DNA of 43,029 nt. It comes from a virus (taxonomy: Duplodnaviria > Caudoviricetes). Shown here piece after piece: positions 35,524-43,029 of the stretch. The notes beneath the pieces were generated by a model. That model saw nothing but the letters and a program-made list of their open reading frames with translations, was not told the DNA's origin and searched no databases. Each line of letters begins with the position of its first letter. Position 1 is the stretch's first letter. The position numbers and the translations under genes were made by a program. The stretch lies in IMG/VR virus record IMGVR_UViG_3300044795_000055, positions 1 to 43,029 of that record; one strand, given 5' to 3'.

Positions 35524-35770
35524 AGTCAACATGTTTCCGACACCTCCGCAGACTTTCGAGGTCGACCTGCGAATGATCAGCATCGCGCACACGCGCGTCG
35601 TGGTCACTGCCTGCAGCCAGGAGGAGGCGGAGGAGTTCGCGTTGCTGGCAGCGCAGCGCATGACCCTGGAATGGGAGGATCACGAGGACCTCACTGAAGT
35701 CGAGGTGAATGACTGTCTCAAGGTCGACCCCGACACTGGTGTCCGCACGTCGGTGGAGGTCGCGCGATGA
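35507..35770 (+). CDS. Acidic early protein (DpnD/PcfM-like pattern)
   Basis: FEV.L......VVVTACSQEEAEE.A; conserved leader motif. Confidence 0.65.
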   Translation: MSKRIEVNMFPTPPQTFEVDLRMISIAHTRVVVTACSQEEAEEFALLAAQRMTLEWEDHEDLTEVEVNDCLKVDPDTGVRTSVEVAR

Positions 35771-36144
35771 AATTCTTCAAGGCATTCCCGAAGGTCGAGT
35801 TTCCGGCGGAGGTCGCTGCGCTGGGCTTCACCGACATCTCGCGCAAGGCAGAGGGACACGCGCGCGCGGTGCTGGTCCTGCCCGACCTGGGGCGGCACAT
35901 CAACTTCTGGTGTGCCGACATCGGCGGCTATGAGGTGTACTTGGTCGAGATGTGCGAGACCGTCAGCGAAGGCATGCTCAAGGGTGCGCGCGAACCAGAG
36001 GTGTACACCATGCTGCGCGAGATACACAGCGAGCTGGATGACGCGCTCGCGCACGCGCGCAAGCTGATCAAGGGCAACAAGGTCGACGTGCGGCACGCTG
36101 CCGCACTCGCGCGCAAGGCGGCACGACAGGCGGCAAGCGAGTAG
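35767..36144 (+). CDS. Early hypothetical protein
   Basis: RBS GGAGG; ATGA coupling. Confidence 0.65.
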   Translation: MKFFKAFPKVEFPAEVAALGFTDISRKAEGHARAVLVLPDLGRHINFWCADIGGYEVYLVEMCETVSEGMLKGAREPEVYTMLREIHSELDDALAHARKLIKGNKVDVRHAAALARKAARQAASE

Positions 36145-36241
36145 GAGGTTCCAGCGACCTGCGCAGCGCCAGGGATGGCGCGGGCGCAAGTCGGTGCGAC
36201 CTTAGGCACCGGGATCTGACAAACCACACGAGGACACGAGG

Positions 36242-36871
36242 ATGAGCAACATTCCCTTTATGACCCTGACCGAGTTTCGCGCCACGGGGCGCGACGTCGA
36301 CCAGGCGGAGCTGGACTCCATCACCGGCACCGACACCGGCGGCGAGGACGGCGGGCGCGTCTACTGCGAGCGACTGTACATCAATAAGACGCTGTCGCAG
36401 CGCGCGCACGTTGGCGAACCGGACTCCTACTGCCTGACCATCATGAATGACTCTTGGGTCGGTGAGCTGCGCACGCTTGAGGCATTGCTGTACGGCTTCG
36501 CGCGTTGCGAGATGCTGCCGAAGCCTGAAGATCAGGTCCAGGCACTCATCGATGAGTGGCAGACATTCTGCCGCGATGAGGGACTGGAGTGCTGGGCTGC
36601 GGAAGAGATGCAGAACCACGGTCCCATCAATCCGGTGCAGGCGGCATACGTCGCGGACTTCATCGAGCGGTGGGATTGCTGGGTCCACGGCAAGGACCCG
36701 TTCGCGCGGCCCGCGAAGCCGACCCCAGCCGCTGACCCCAGCCGCCCGTCAGGCGAGGGTTACATACACGGGCTAGAGGCGGCGCTGCGCCAGATTCGCG
36801 ATGAGTACATCACGCTCGATGAGTGCGACATTCGCCGCATCGCGAACAATGCTCTGGAGGGCAAGCGATGA
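36242..36871 (+). CDS. Early hypothetical protein
   Basis: Conserved leader; 209-aa ORF with coding-like composition. Confidence 0.7.
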   Translation: MSNIPFMTLTEFRATGRDVDQAELDSITGTDTGGEDGGRVYCERLYINKTLSQRAHVGEPDSYCLTIMNDSWVGELRTLEALLYGFARCEMLPKPEDQVQALIDEWQTFCRDEGLECWAAEEMQNHGPINPVQAAYVADFIERWDCWVHGKDPFARPAKPTPAADPSRPSGEGYIHGLEAALRQIRDEYITLDECDIRRIANNALEGKR

Positions 36872-37158
36872 AGACTTTCGAGGTTCGCGTGACCAAGGTC
36901 GTGACCCTGGCATATCAGACAGTGGTCACGGTGCAGGCAGACGACGATGAGCATGCCATCGAGATGGCAGAGGATGCTGCCCACGCTCTCGACACTGAGC
37001 AGTGGGAAGCGGATGAAGAGTCCGACAGCGAAGAGATCTCGGTCGACGTCGACAGCGTCGATGAGCAGACAGAGGTCGACCCGACCAAGTGGTGCGACCA
37101 GTGCGGCGCGCGGAACAAGGCGGACTGCGGCTGCGGACCCCTGGCTGAGAATGACTGA
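36868..37158 (+). CDS. Acidic early protein (DpnD/PcfM-like) with C-terminal Cys cluster
   Basis: MKTFEVRVT....VTVQADDDEHAIEMAE; WCDQCGA....CGCG. Confidence 0.65.
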   Translation: MKTFEVRVTKVVTLAYQTVVTVQADDDEHAIEMAEDAAHALDTEQWEADEESDSEEISVDVDSVDEQTEVDPTKWCDQCGARNKADCGCGPLAEND

Positions 37159-37182
37159 CAAATCACACACGAGGACAATGCG

Positions 37183-37578
37183 ATGAATGACACAGTAGAT
37201 CGACTCAAGGTGCTGCGCGAGGAACTGGAGACTGCGCTCGCGGCAGTGCTGGACAATAACCCTGGACTGAAGGTCACGGTCGGGCGCGCCACTTACGACC
37301 GGCAGGGGTCCTTCACATTCAAGCTCACCGGCACATTCCCTGGCGGCGCATCGCGCGACCAGCAGGACTACGAGATGATGGCGCACTTCAACAAAGACCT
37401 ACCGCCATTTGGCACGGTGCTGGAAGCGAACGGACAGCGGATCCGAATCGTCGGCGGACGTCCGCGCGCGAACTACAACATCACGGTCGACATCCTGACC
37501 GGCGGGCGCGCCGGTAAGCGCGTCTGCTACAAGGCGGCAGACATCGCGCGCATGAAGCGTGTCGAGGAGGGCAAATGA
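37183..37578 (+). CDS. Early hypothetical protein
   Basis: CACACGAGGACAATGCGATG leader. Confidence 0.7.
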   Translation: MNDTVDRLKVLREELETALAAVLDNNPGLKVTVGRATYDRQGSFTFKLTGTFPGGASRDQQDYEMMAHFNKDLPPFGTVLEANGQRIRIVGGRPRANYNITVDILTGGRAGKRVCYKAADIARMKRVEEGK

Positions 37579-37760
37579 GCAGATTCCCGCACCTGACAGA
37601 GACCACCGTCGAGCAGCTCGTGGAGGAGGCACGAGCGCTCGATGAGGCATACGCACGCGCGGCAGAATTTGATGCCGCGCACGCTGAGGAACCACCGGAA
37701 GAGTGGGAAGACGAGGACGAGCTGCTACGGAAGGCAGCTCTGAACCGGGGGCAACCGTGA
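37575..37760 (+). CDS. Small acidic early protein
   Basis: RBS GAGGAGG; ATGA/GTGA coupling. Confidence 0.6.
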   Translation: MSRFPHLTETTVEQLVEEARALDEAYARAAEFDAAHAEEPPEEWEDEDELLRKAALNRGQP

Positions 37761-37990
37761 ACGCACAAGACAAGGCATTCTGGGACCGATACGACGCCGC
37801 GACTCCGAAGGTGCGTCTACTGAACGGTCAGAAACACGTCCGCGAGCGCACCTCCGCCGACTGCGAAGTCCTGGCGTGTGGCTGCGCGCACGACGGTCGA
37901 CGTTGGTTGCAAATGTGCCAGGCGGATTTCCACGCCTGGGACCTCGAGCACCAGAGCGCGGCCCGCGCACGCGCGAAGGAAACGAAGTGA
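37757..37990 (+). CDS. Early hypothetical protein
   Basis: GTGA coupling at both ends. Confidence 0.55.
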   Translation: MNAQDKAFWDRYDAATPKVRLLNGQKHVRERTSADCEVLACGCAHDGRRWLQMCQADFHAWDLEHQSAARARAKETK

Positions 37991-38307
37991 ACGCTAAGTT
38001 GAAACTGACAGATGAGCAACGGCAGTTCTTCCGCGAGGCAGGACGTCGCGGCGGACAAATCGGCGGCAAGGTCAAATCCGAAGCAAAGCGCGAGGCGGGG
38101 CGCAAGGGGGGATTCGCCCGCCATGCCCGCACTCGCGCGTTGCGGCAGTCGCTCGATGAGCTGCTGGCAGTCGCACGCGAGATCGGCGCATTCCTCGACA
38201 CCATTCAGGTCTATGAGCTGAACGAGGCGCAGCGGCGGGAACTGGTCGACCGTCTTTACGCCACCGTGACTGCCATCACGGCGCGCGAAAAAGGATCCGC
38301 GAAATGA
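37987..38307 (+). CDS. KGG-motif basic protein
   Basis: EAGRRGG...GG...EAGRKGG repeats. Confidence 0.6.
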   Translation: MNAKLKLTDEQRQFFREAGRRGGQIGGKVKSEAKREAGRKGGFARHARTRALRQSLDELLAVAREIGAFLDTIQVYELNEAQRRELVDRLYATVTAITAREKGSAK

Positions 38308-38501
38308 TGCAGGCTATGACCAAACGCGAACACCTGAAGCGACTGCTGTACTGGGAGATTGCCATCGCGCGCAAGCTGGAGAACACAGCAGTGCGCGAGC
38401 GGCGTTTCGAGGACGCAAACTACTACAGCAAGCAAGCCCAGGCGGCTGAGATACGCGCACGCGCGTTGCTGAAGGACGAGATCGAATGGCGCAAACCCTG
38501 A
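38304..38501 (+). CDS. Early hypothetical protein
   Basis: ATGA coupling; helical-hairpin composition. Confidence 0.55.
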   Translation: MMQAMTKREHLKRLLYWEIAIARKLENTAVRERRFEDANYYSKQAQAAEIRARALLKDEIEWRKP

Positions 38502-38701
38502 CGGTGAGGGAGGCGCGCGAGGCGGCACGCGCGTTTATCGCAATCGTGAAACAGGGGCGGCAGTGGTCGCTGAAGACAGCGATTGCCTGCCTGCCGAAGG
38601 GCTGGACCCTGGTCGACGCCTGGGAGACCGACTTCTATCCCATGACCATCGAGAATGCGACAACCACATTCCGCGCACACGCGCGACGGGAGGACAAGTG
38701 A
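38486..38701 (+). CDS. Early hypothetical protein
   Basis: Short overlap with previous gene; coupled to next gene. Confidence 0.55.
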   Translation: MAQTLTVREAREAARAFIAIVKQGRQWSLKTAIACLPKGWTLVDAWETDFYPMTIENATTTFRAHARREDK

Positions 38702-38910
38702 ACCACATCAAGATGTTCTTTCACTGCAAAAAGTGTCTGGCTGAAAGGCCGGAAGACATCTCACCACGCGACTGGACCCAGTTTGAATTCGGCACGACCA
38801 AGCTGGGCTTTCAGCTCTGGTGCCGACGTCACGAGGTGAACGTCATCCACATCGACTGCCAGGGACAACGGCACCCAGCTGATCTCAGCGAGAGCGGCGA
38901 CTTCGACTAA
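38698..38910 (+). CDS. Zn-binding phage hypothetical protein
   Basis: RBS GGAGG; FFHCKKC...SPRDW...G.Q.WCRRHE.NV motif. Confidence 0.68.
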   Translation: MNHIKMFFHCKKCLAERPEDISPRDWTQFEFGTTKLGFQLWCRRHEVNVIHIDCQGQRHPADLSESGDFD

Positions 38911-39908
38911 CGCCCCTCGCGCGTCGCGTTACCAACCGCTAAGCCGCCTTCGGGCGGCTTTTTTTCGCGTGCCAGAATTGCGCGACCTAGGACTTCCGCG
39001 ATTTGCGGGACAATCGCGTTCCCGAGCGCTTGCAGTCGGTCCACCCGAGCGGGTATCCCATGAGCCACTCGACCCACGTTGGGTTCAGTGCGCCATTGAT
39101 CTCTTGCGCTGTTAGATGTTGTTTCAGTTTCGCCCTCGAGCGCGCGCCGCCCCACTTGCACAGCGCTGCGCCGCCCGTGTCGGTCACTGCTGTCGGTGTA
39201 GGCCAGGTCCGCCCCCGAGCTCCATCCTGACGCACCCAGTCGGTCAGACTGGTCCCCGGATGTGCGTTGGATGTTGGTGTATTGCGGGATCCGCTCGCTT
39301 TCGCGTCGCCAACTGTCGGTGTAGGCCAGCGATTCTGTCGCGCCATGGACTCGAGGCTCAAGCGCACCGGACCAACTCGACCCATCGCACCTCCCTGGTT
39401 GCTCCCGTAACTCACTGCTGCGGGAGTTGGCAATGATCCAGATTCGGTCCCGACGGTGAGGGGCACCAACTGCGGAAGCGGGAATACAATGCCATTCCGC
39501 ATCGTACCCGAGCGAGGCCAAGTCACAGAGGACGGTGTCGAATCCTGAAACAAACAAGCCTGGGACATTTTCAATGATTGCGTAGCGGGGTCGTACCTCG
39601 CGAATGATACGAGCGTACTCAGACCAGAGTCCGCTACGGGCACCGGCCAGACCAACTCCTTTGCCTGCAACACTGGTGTCCTGACACGGGAATCCTCCGG
39701 TAGTGACGTCGCACTCGATTCCATCGGCAACCAATCGAGCTGCCGTGAGGTGTCGGATGTCTCCGTAGCAGATGACGTCAGGCCAATGTTTGTGGAGGAC
39801 TGCGCGGCAGTAAGGTTCGATTTCGCAGAACGCGACGGTGCGGAATCCAACTCGCTCAAGTCCGAGCGAGAACCCTCCGATTCCGGCGAAGAGATCGAGG
39901 ACACGCAT
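38907..39908 (-). CDS. DNA (cytosine-5) methyltransferase, alpha polypeptide
   Basis: Motif I DLFAGIGG, IV GGFPCQD, VI ENV, VIII HRRDR, X LGNAIVPQ. Confidence 0.92.
   Translation of the reverse strand: MRVLDLFAGIGGFSLGLERVGFRTVAFCEIEPYCRAVLHKHWPDVICYGDIRHLTAARLVADGIECDVTTGGFPCQDTSVAGKGVGLAGARSGLWSEYARIIREVRPRYAIIENVPGLFVSGFDTVLCDLASLGYDAEWHCIPASAVGAPHRRDRIWIIANSRSSELREQPGRCDGSSWSGALEPRVHGATESLAYTDSWRRESERIPQYTNIQRTSGDQSDRLGASGWSSGADLAYTDSSDRHGRRSAVQVGRRALEGETETTSNSARDQWRTEPNVGRVAHGIPARVDRLQALGNAIVPQIAEVLGRAILAREKKPPEGGLAVGNATREGR
38941..38965 (+). terminator. Rho-independent terminator of the early array, embedded in the 3' end of the opposing methylase gene
   Basis: aagccgcc-ttcg-ggcggctt followed by a T run. 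Confidence 0.85.
38987..39724 (-). CDS. Overlapping-frame methyltransferase beta polypeptide (start uncertain)
   Basis: Long open alternative frame with LPTP/WPTP repeats and motif IX-like LNPTWVEWLMGYPLGWTD. Confidence 0.7.
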   Translation of the reverse strand: MESSATSLPEDSRVRTPVLQAKELVWPVPVADSGLSTLVSFARYDPATQSLKMSQACLFQDSTPSSVTWPRSGTMRNGIVFPLPQLVPLTVGTESGSLPTPAAVSYGSNQGGAMGRVGPVRLSLESMARQNRWPTPTVGDAKASGSRNTPTSNAHPGTSLTDWVRQDGARGRTWPTPTAVTDTGGAALCKWGGARSRAKLKQHLTAQEINGALNPTWVEWLMGYPLGWTDCKRSGTRLSRKSRKS

Positions 39909-40023
39909 CACCAGGGAGGGTGCGAGACAGGATCGACCTGCCGTGACAAACACGGGGCAGCGAGGACAATCAGCTGGAACCCCATGCCTCTACGCGCGAC
40001 GTAGAACGCTCGCACCGCTAAGC

Positions 40024-40884
40024 TTAACCTGAAAGCACTTCTTTGGCACCCGCAACGCCAGTCGGTGCCTGCACCTGGGGCTTGAAAGCCTCGTCCACCG
40101 TCAGCTCGCCATCCCTGATTGCGTTCGCGATGCCGGTGAGCGTCGCCACCTCCTCGATGCCAATATCGTCCAGGCCGCGCACGCCAAGCACCGCGAAGAT
40201 CTGCTCGTCGGTCGCACCCTGCTTGTGCAGGAACCCCATCACATCGGCGCGCCGGTCCACGAGGGTCTTCGCGTCGCCCGCCACGATCTTGAGCGCATCC
40301 TCGTACACATCCCACCACAGCGCTCGCGGCACACCGTGGAAGATTGCGTTGCGGAGCGCAATCGAGGAGGCGGCATTGCCGGTCATCACGATCATGTCGG
40401 TGCTGTAGCGCTGACCGTAGCGGTTCACGATGCGGCGCTGCGCCTCGATGCCGATGCCGTTGTTGTATTCAAGGTCGATGAAGACTCCTCGAGCGGTGAT
40501 GATCTCGCGCCCCTCCTCGTGAATCCACGCGAGCGAGCGGCAGTTGCCCCAGGCACAGGTCACGATCTCCGCGAGTCTGATCGATGCACCTTTGATCATC
40601 TTCACCACACCCTGCTCGCGGCGCGGCAGCGCATAGATGCACTCGCTGGCGATTTTGGTGCTGAGCGTTGCCATCGAGCGGCTGCGTTCTTTGAAAGTGG
40701 TGACCGAGCGGGGGAACTCGCGGGCAGTCGCGACTTCGACGCTCGACACCACGACGCCGAAGCTCCGTGGATCCACGATCTTGAGCGAGGTGCCTGGCGG
40801 CTTCGGCAGATCCTCCACCATGTTGAGTTGTACTTGCGGTTGCTCCACCTTCGGTGGCGGGGCTTTCGGTTTAGGTGCTGGCAT
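40024..40884 (-). CDS. Putative single-strand annealing / recombination protein
   Basis: EVATAREFPRS, CIYALPR, GASIRLAE...WGN motifs; clustered with the YqaJ-like exonuclease. Confidence 0.55.
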   Translation of the reverse strand: MPAPKPKAPPPKVEQPQVQLNMVEDLPKPPGTSLKIVDPRSFGVVVSSVEVATAREFPRSVTTFKERSRSMATLSTKIASECIYALPRREQGVVKMIKGASIRLAEIVTCAWGNCRSLAWIHEEGREIITARGVFIDLEYNNGIGIEAQRRIVNRYGQRYSTDMIVMTGNAASSIALRNAIFHGVPRALWWDVYEDALKIVAGDAKTLVDRRADVMGFLHKQGATDEQIFAVLGVRGLDDIGIEEVATLTGIANAIRDGELTVDEAFKPQVQAPTGVAGAKEVLSG

Positions 40885-41089
40885 GTTTGTTTCCTCCTAG
40901 GAGTGCGTACTCGAGGTCGTGCCGGTTGCACTCGTCCTCTTCAATTACAAAGACTGCCACGATGCGATACTGCTGCGGGTACGGGCATTCCCGCCCGATG
41001 CGCTCCCGCATCTCCTTCATGGTGGCAGTGATCCCCCAACCTGGCGCGAGGCATCTGCCTTTCGCCATGTAAAACCGCAGCGGTTTCAT
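40871..41089 (-). CDS. Hypothetical protein
   Basis: ATGA coupling; fills the operon gap. Confidence 0.5.
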   Translation of the reverse strand: MKPLRFYMAKGRCLAPGWGITATMKEMRERIGRECPYPQQYRIVAVFVIEEDECNRHDLEYALLGGNKHAST

Positions 41090-41520
41090 TTCTGCACATG
41101 CGGGTCGGTGTTCCACTCGACTTCGCGGTAGCAGGAATCAGAAGTGTCTTCTTCGCGGCGCGCGACAATCCAATTGTTGATGTCGTCTGCCCTGATGATG
41201 CCACCGCTCTTCGGGAGCGTTGCAATGAACACCCGCTTGAAATCCTGATGGTTCATCCAGGCAAAGCGGCTGACCGTGCCTTCCCAACATTTCTCAGGCG
41301 CATCATCCCGGTCTGCGTCATCAGCAATCAACGATTCGGTCTCCCAATCGATCTCGCGACCCGGTGGAACGAAGTGATTGAGGATGTTCAACGCGAGGTC
41401 CGCAGGCCCGCTCCCCTCGTAGCCCACCTCAAACCCCATCGGGGAATGATGCCTGACTGACCACGGGATGTTGGTCTTCACTGTGCCATCGTCTTCACGC
41501 CAGATTTTCACGTCGTCCAT
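41086..41520 (-). CDS. DUF6166-like protein
   Basis: HHSPMGFEVGYEGSGPADLALNIL signature; RBS AGGAGG. Confidence 0.7.
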   Translation of the reverse strand: MDDVKIWREDDGTVKTNIPWSVRHHSPMGFEVGYEGSGPADLALNILNHFVPPGREIDWETESLIADDADRDDAPEKCWEGTVSRFAWMNHQDFKRVFIATLPKSGGIIRADDINNWIVARREEDTSDSCYREVEWNTDPHVQK

Positions 41521-41528
41521 ATGTCCTC

Positions 41529-42449
41529 CTACCTCAGTCGGAACACTCGGAACTCCGCTATCGAGCGGAACTGCGCCAGCAGCTCAGGATGCGCCGCAGC
41601 GAATGCCTTCTGATCAAAGCGGTTGCTAGTCTGGCTACGCCAGGTCGCGAGCAGATGGTGATGTTGGTCGATAAGCCCACCGGCGTCGCCCATGTACGAT
41701 TTCAACTCGACTTCGATCTCATCTCCCTCTTTCTCAGCGAGACCTTGACGCGCGCGAGCTTGCTTGAGGTCAGTGATTGCCTTCAGGATTTCCTCATTCG
41801 CAATCACGGTGCGCCCGAATGATGCAGGCCAGCGCTTGTCAGCGTCCTCGAGTGACACCGGATCCGGCGGCGTATCGGTTTCGACGTAGTGCCAGAACTT
41901 GGTCGCCTGGTCGATGATCATCTGCGCCAGGTCCTCGTTGTACTCGACAACATAGTGGCGGGCATCGTTGCCGCCGACGAGCGCACCGACGTGGAAGCGA
42001 GGCAAGCGCGTCACGATCATGTAGTGCATGACCTGCAAGACGTACCTGATCGGGATCTGGTCGGTGCCACGCTCGCCAAACTCGTCAGCCATGAATTTGT
42101 CGGCGCACTTGATCTCGACGCCTTCCATCGGACTCTCGGTGATGCCATCGAGGTGCCCGATGAGGAACGGGATGGTGTCCGAGCGGTAGAGCTTCTTCGG
42201 GTTGTGGTGAATCTTCCGCCCCAACTCTTCGCTGAGCCAATCTCGTACCACTGGCTCAAGGCGTGATCCCCAGCCAGGACGGGAATTCGGTTCACGTTCC
42301 CTGGCTGGCGCGACCGGCAGCTTGCCGGTCTTCTCCATCCAGAGGTCCATCGGAGTCTTGCGCGGGTCCTTACCGCAGTACGCCCACGCATCGCTCCCGC
42401 CCAGGCCGGTCGCTCGCTCAGCGAGCTGCTTGTTTGTAAGGGATGTCAT
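41529..42449 (-). CDS. YqaJ-like (lambda exo family) recombination exonuclease
   Basis: GLGGSD, WGSRLEP, GHLDG, VEIK, YVLQVMHY, FW.YV..D.PP. Confidence 0.9.
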   Translation of the reverse strand: MTSLTNKQLAERATGLGGSDAWAYCGKDPRKTPMDLWMEKTGKLPVAPAREREPNSRPGWGSRLEPVVRDWLSEELGRKIHHNPKKLYRSDTIPFLIGHLDGITESPMEGVEIKCADKFMADEFGERGTDQIPIRYVLQVMHYMIVTRLPRFHVGALVGGNDARHYVVEYNEDLAQMIIDQATKFWHYVETDTPPDPVSLEDADKRWPASFGRTVIANEEILKAITDLKQARARQGLAEKEGDEIEVELKSYMGDAGGLIDQHHHLLATWRSQTSNRFDQKAFAAAHPELLAQFRSIAEFRVFRLR

Positions 42450-42793
42450 TGCAGTGTCCTCCGTGCTTCTAGGCGCATGAAGTGCCCTCGCAACTTCTCG
42501 CGAGGGATCTCAAACATGTGCCACGCATAGCCCAGGTCAGGCACTGGCTCAGCCACCATGTCTGGCACGTTAGGCAGTAGCGCTTGCTTGGCATCCTGAC
42601 AGTCCTCATTGCTAGGCATGCGCTCAGGTCGTTGAACCACCAAGTGCCAACCCGTCCACTCGGTGAATGGTGCTTCGCAGAAGACAAACGCTCTCAGGTC
42701 ATCGCGTCGCCCGTAGACGCAAGCGTCAGGTGGACAGCCTGGTTCAGCACGCATCAGTTGCGTATTGCGTTCTAAAAGCCTCCAGCGGTTCAT
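42446..42793 (-). CDS. Hypothetical phage protein
   Basis: RBS GGAGG; GWHL...RMPS.ED...AK..L...WHMFE pattern. Confidence 0.6.
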   Translation of the reverse strand: MNRWRLLERNTQLMRAEPGCPPDACVYGRRDDLRAFVFCEAPFTEWTGWHLVVQRPERMPSNEDCQDAKQALLPNVPDMVAEPVPDLGYAWHMFEIPREKLRGHFMRLEARRTLQ

Positions 42794-42925
42794 TAGCGTG
42801 ACCCTCCCCTAGGTACGGGAAAGCTGACAGCGGCGCGCCTGCGCCGGCGGGCGCGGGCTGGCAGCGAATTTCGACCGGATCCGTGCTTTCGGTACGCTGC
42901 GAGCTGAAACTGACGAGTTGGAAGT

Positions 42926-42941
42926 TGGCACGGTGTATGCA
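42926..42941 (+). promoter_or_regulatory. Sigma54-like motif
   Basis: TGGCACG-gtgt-aTGCA, one mismatch to consensus. Confidence 0.3.
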
Positions 42942-42967
42942 ACGCGCGCGCGACCATATATAAAGAT

Positions 42968-42985
42968 GTCTACAATGTCTGGAAT
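42968..42985. repeat. Inverted-repeat arm (partner at 14-31)
   Basis: gtctacaatgtctggaat, preceded by AT-rich atatataaa. Confidence 0.7.
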
Positions 42986-43029
42986 TCTGGTGGGAGCGGC
43001 GACCGCGCGCTCTCTTTGATAGATAGGGT

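Larger units (their letters stand above)
1..43029. mobile_element. Temperate tailed bacteriophage genome (podovirus-like), probably complete and circularly permuted
   Basis: Contains integrase, Xis-like, TerL, portal, capsid, adaptor, tail/fibre, ejection, recombination and methylase genes; no host housekeeping genes; both window ends are intergenic and share an inverted repeat. Confidence 0.93.

Noticed and set aside
39961-39971. CGAGGACAATC early-leader motif antisense to the methylase leader
   Set aside because: No convincing plus-strand ORF follows; function unsupported.
1-43029. CRISPR array, tRNA, diversity-generating retroelement, invertase switch, alternative genetic code
   Set aside because: No regularly spaced repeats, cloverleaf, reverse transcriptase or serine invertase seen; genes tile normally using all three stop codons.

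Overview
The window appears to be a complete or near-complete, probably circular, ~43 kb genome of a GC-rich temperate tailed phage with podovirus-like architecture (no tape measure or long-tail genes recognised). The host is probably Gram-negative, inferred from a PEP-CTERM protein, a lipobox protein and sigma54-like motifs. Layout: AAA RepA-like replication protein and AlpA/Xis (minus, 68-1474); tyrosine integrase plus small genes (plus, 1825-4283); one long late/structural operon (minus, ~31930 down to 4392: accessory genes, a second fibre-like protein, PAPS-reductase-like protein, TerL, portal, scaffold, capsid, adaptor, tail, fibre, ejection proteins, holin-like proteins, nucleases); a repeat-rich non-coding junction (32090-32640); an early array of ~20 small genes (plus, 32650-38910); and a C5 methyltransferase plus recombination module (minus, 38907-42793). 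The most striking features are tiny protamine-like poly-arginine genes missed by the ORF track, sitting between portal and scaffold/capsid; a small protein carrying a synonymously diverged copy of a capsid N-terminal peptide; a PEP-CTERM mini-protein coupled to the terminase; a methyltransferase read in two overlapping frames; and a conserved start-associated motif in early genes. All family calls come from motif recognition by eye, not database searches.
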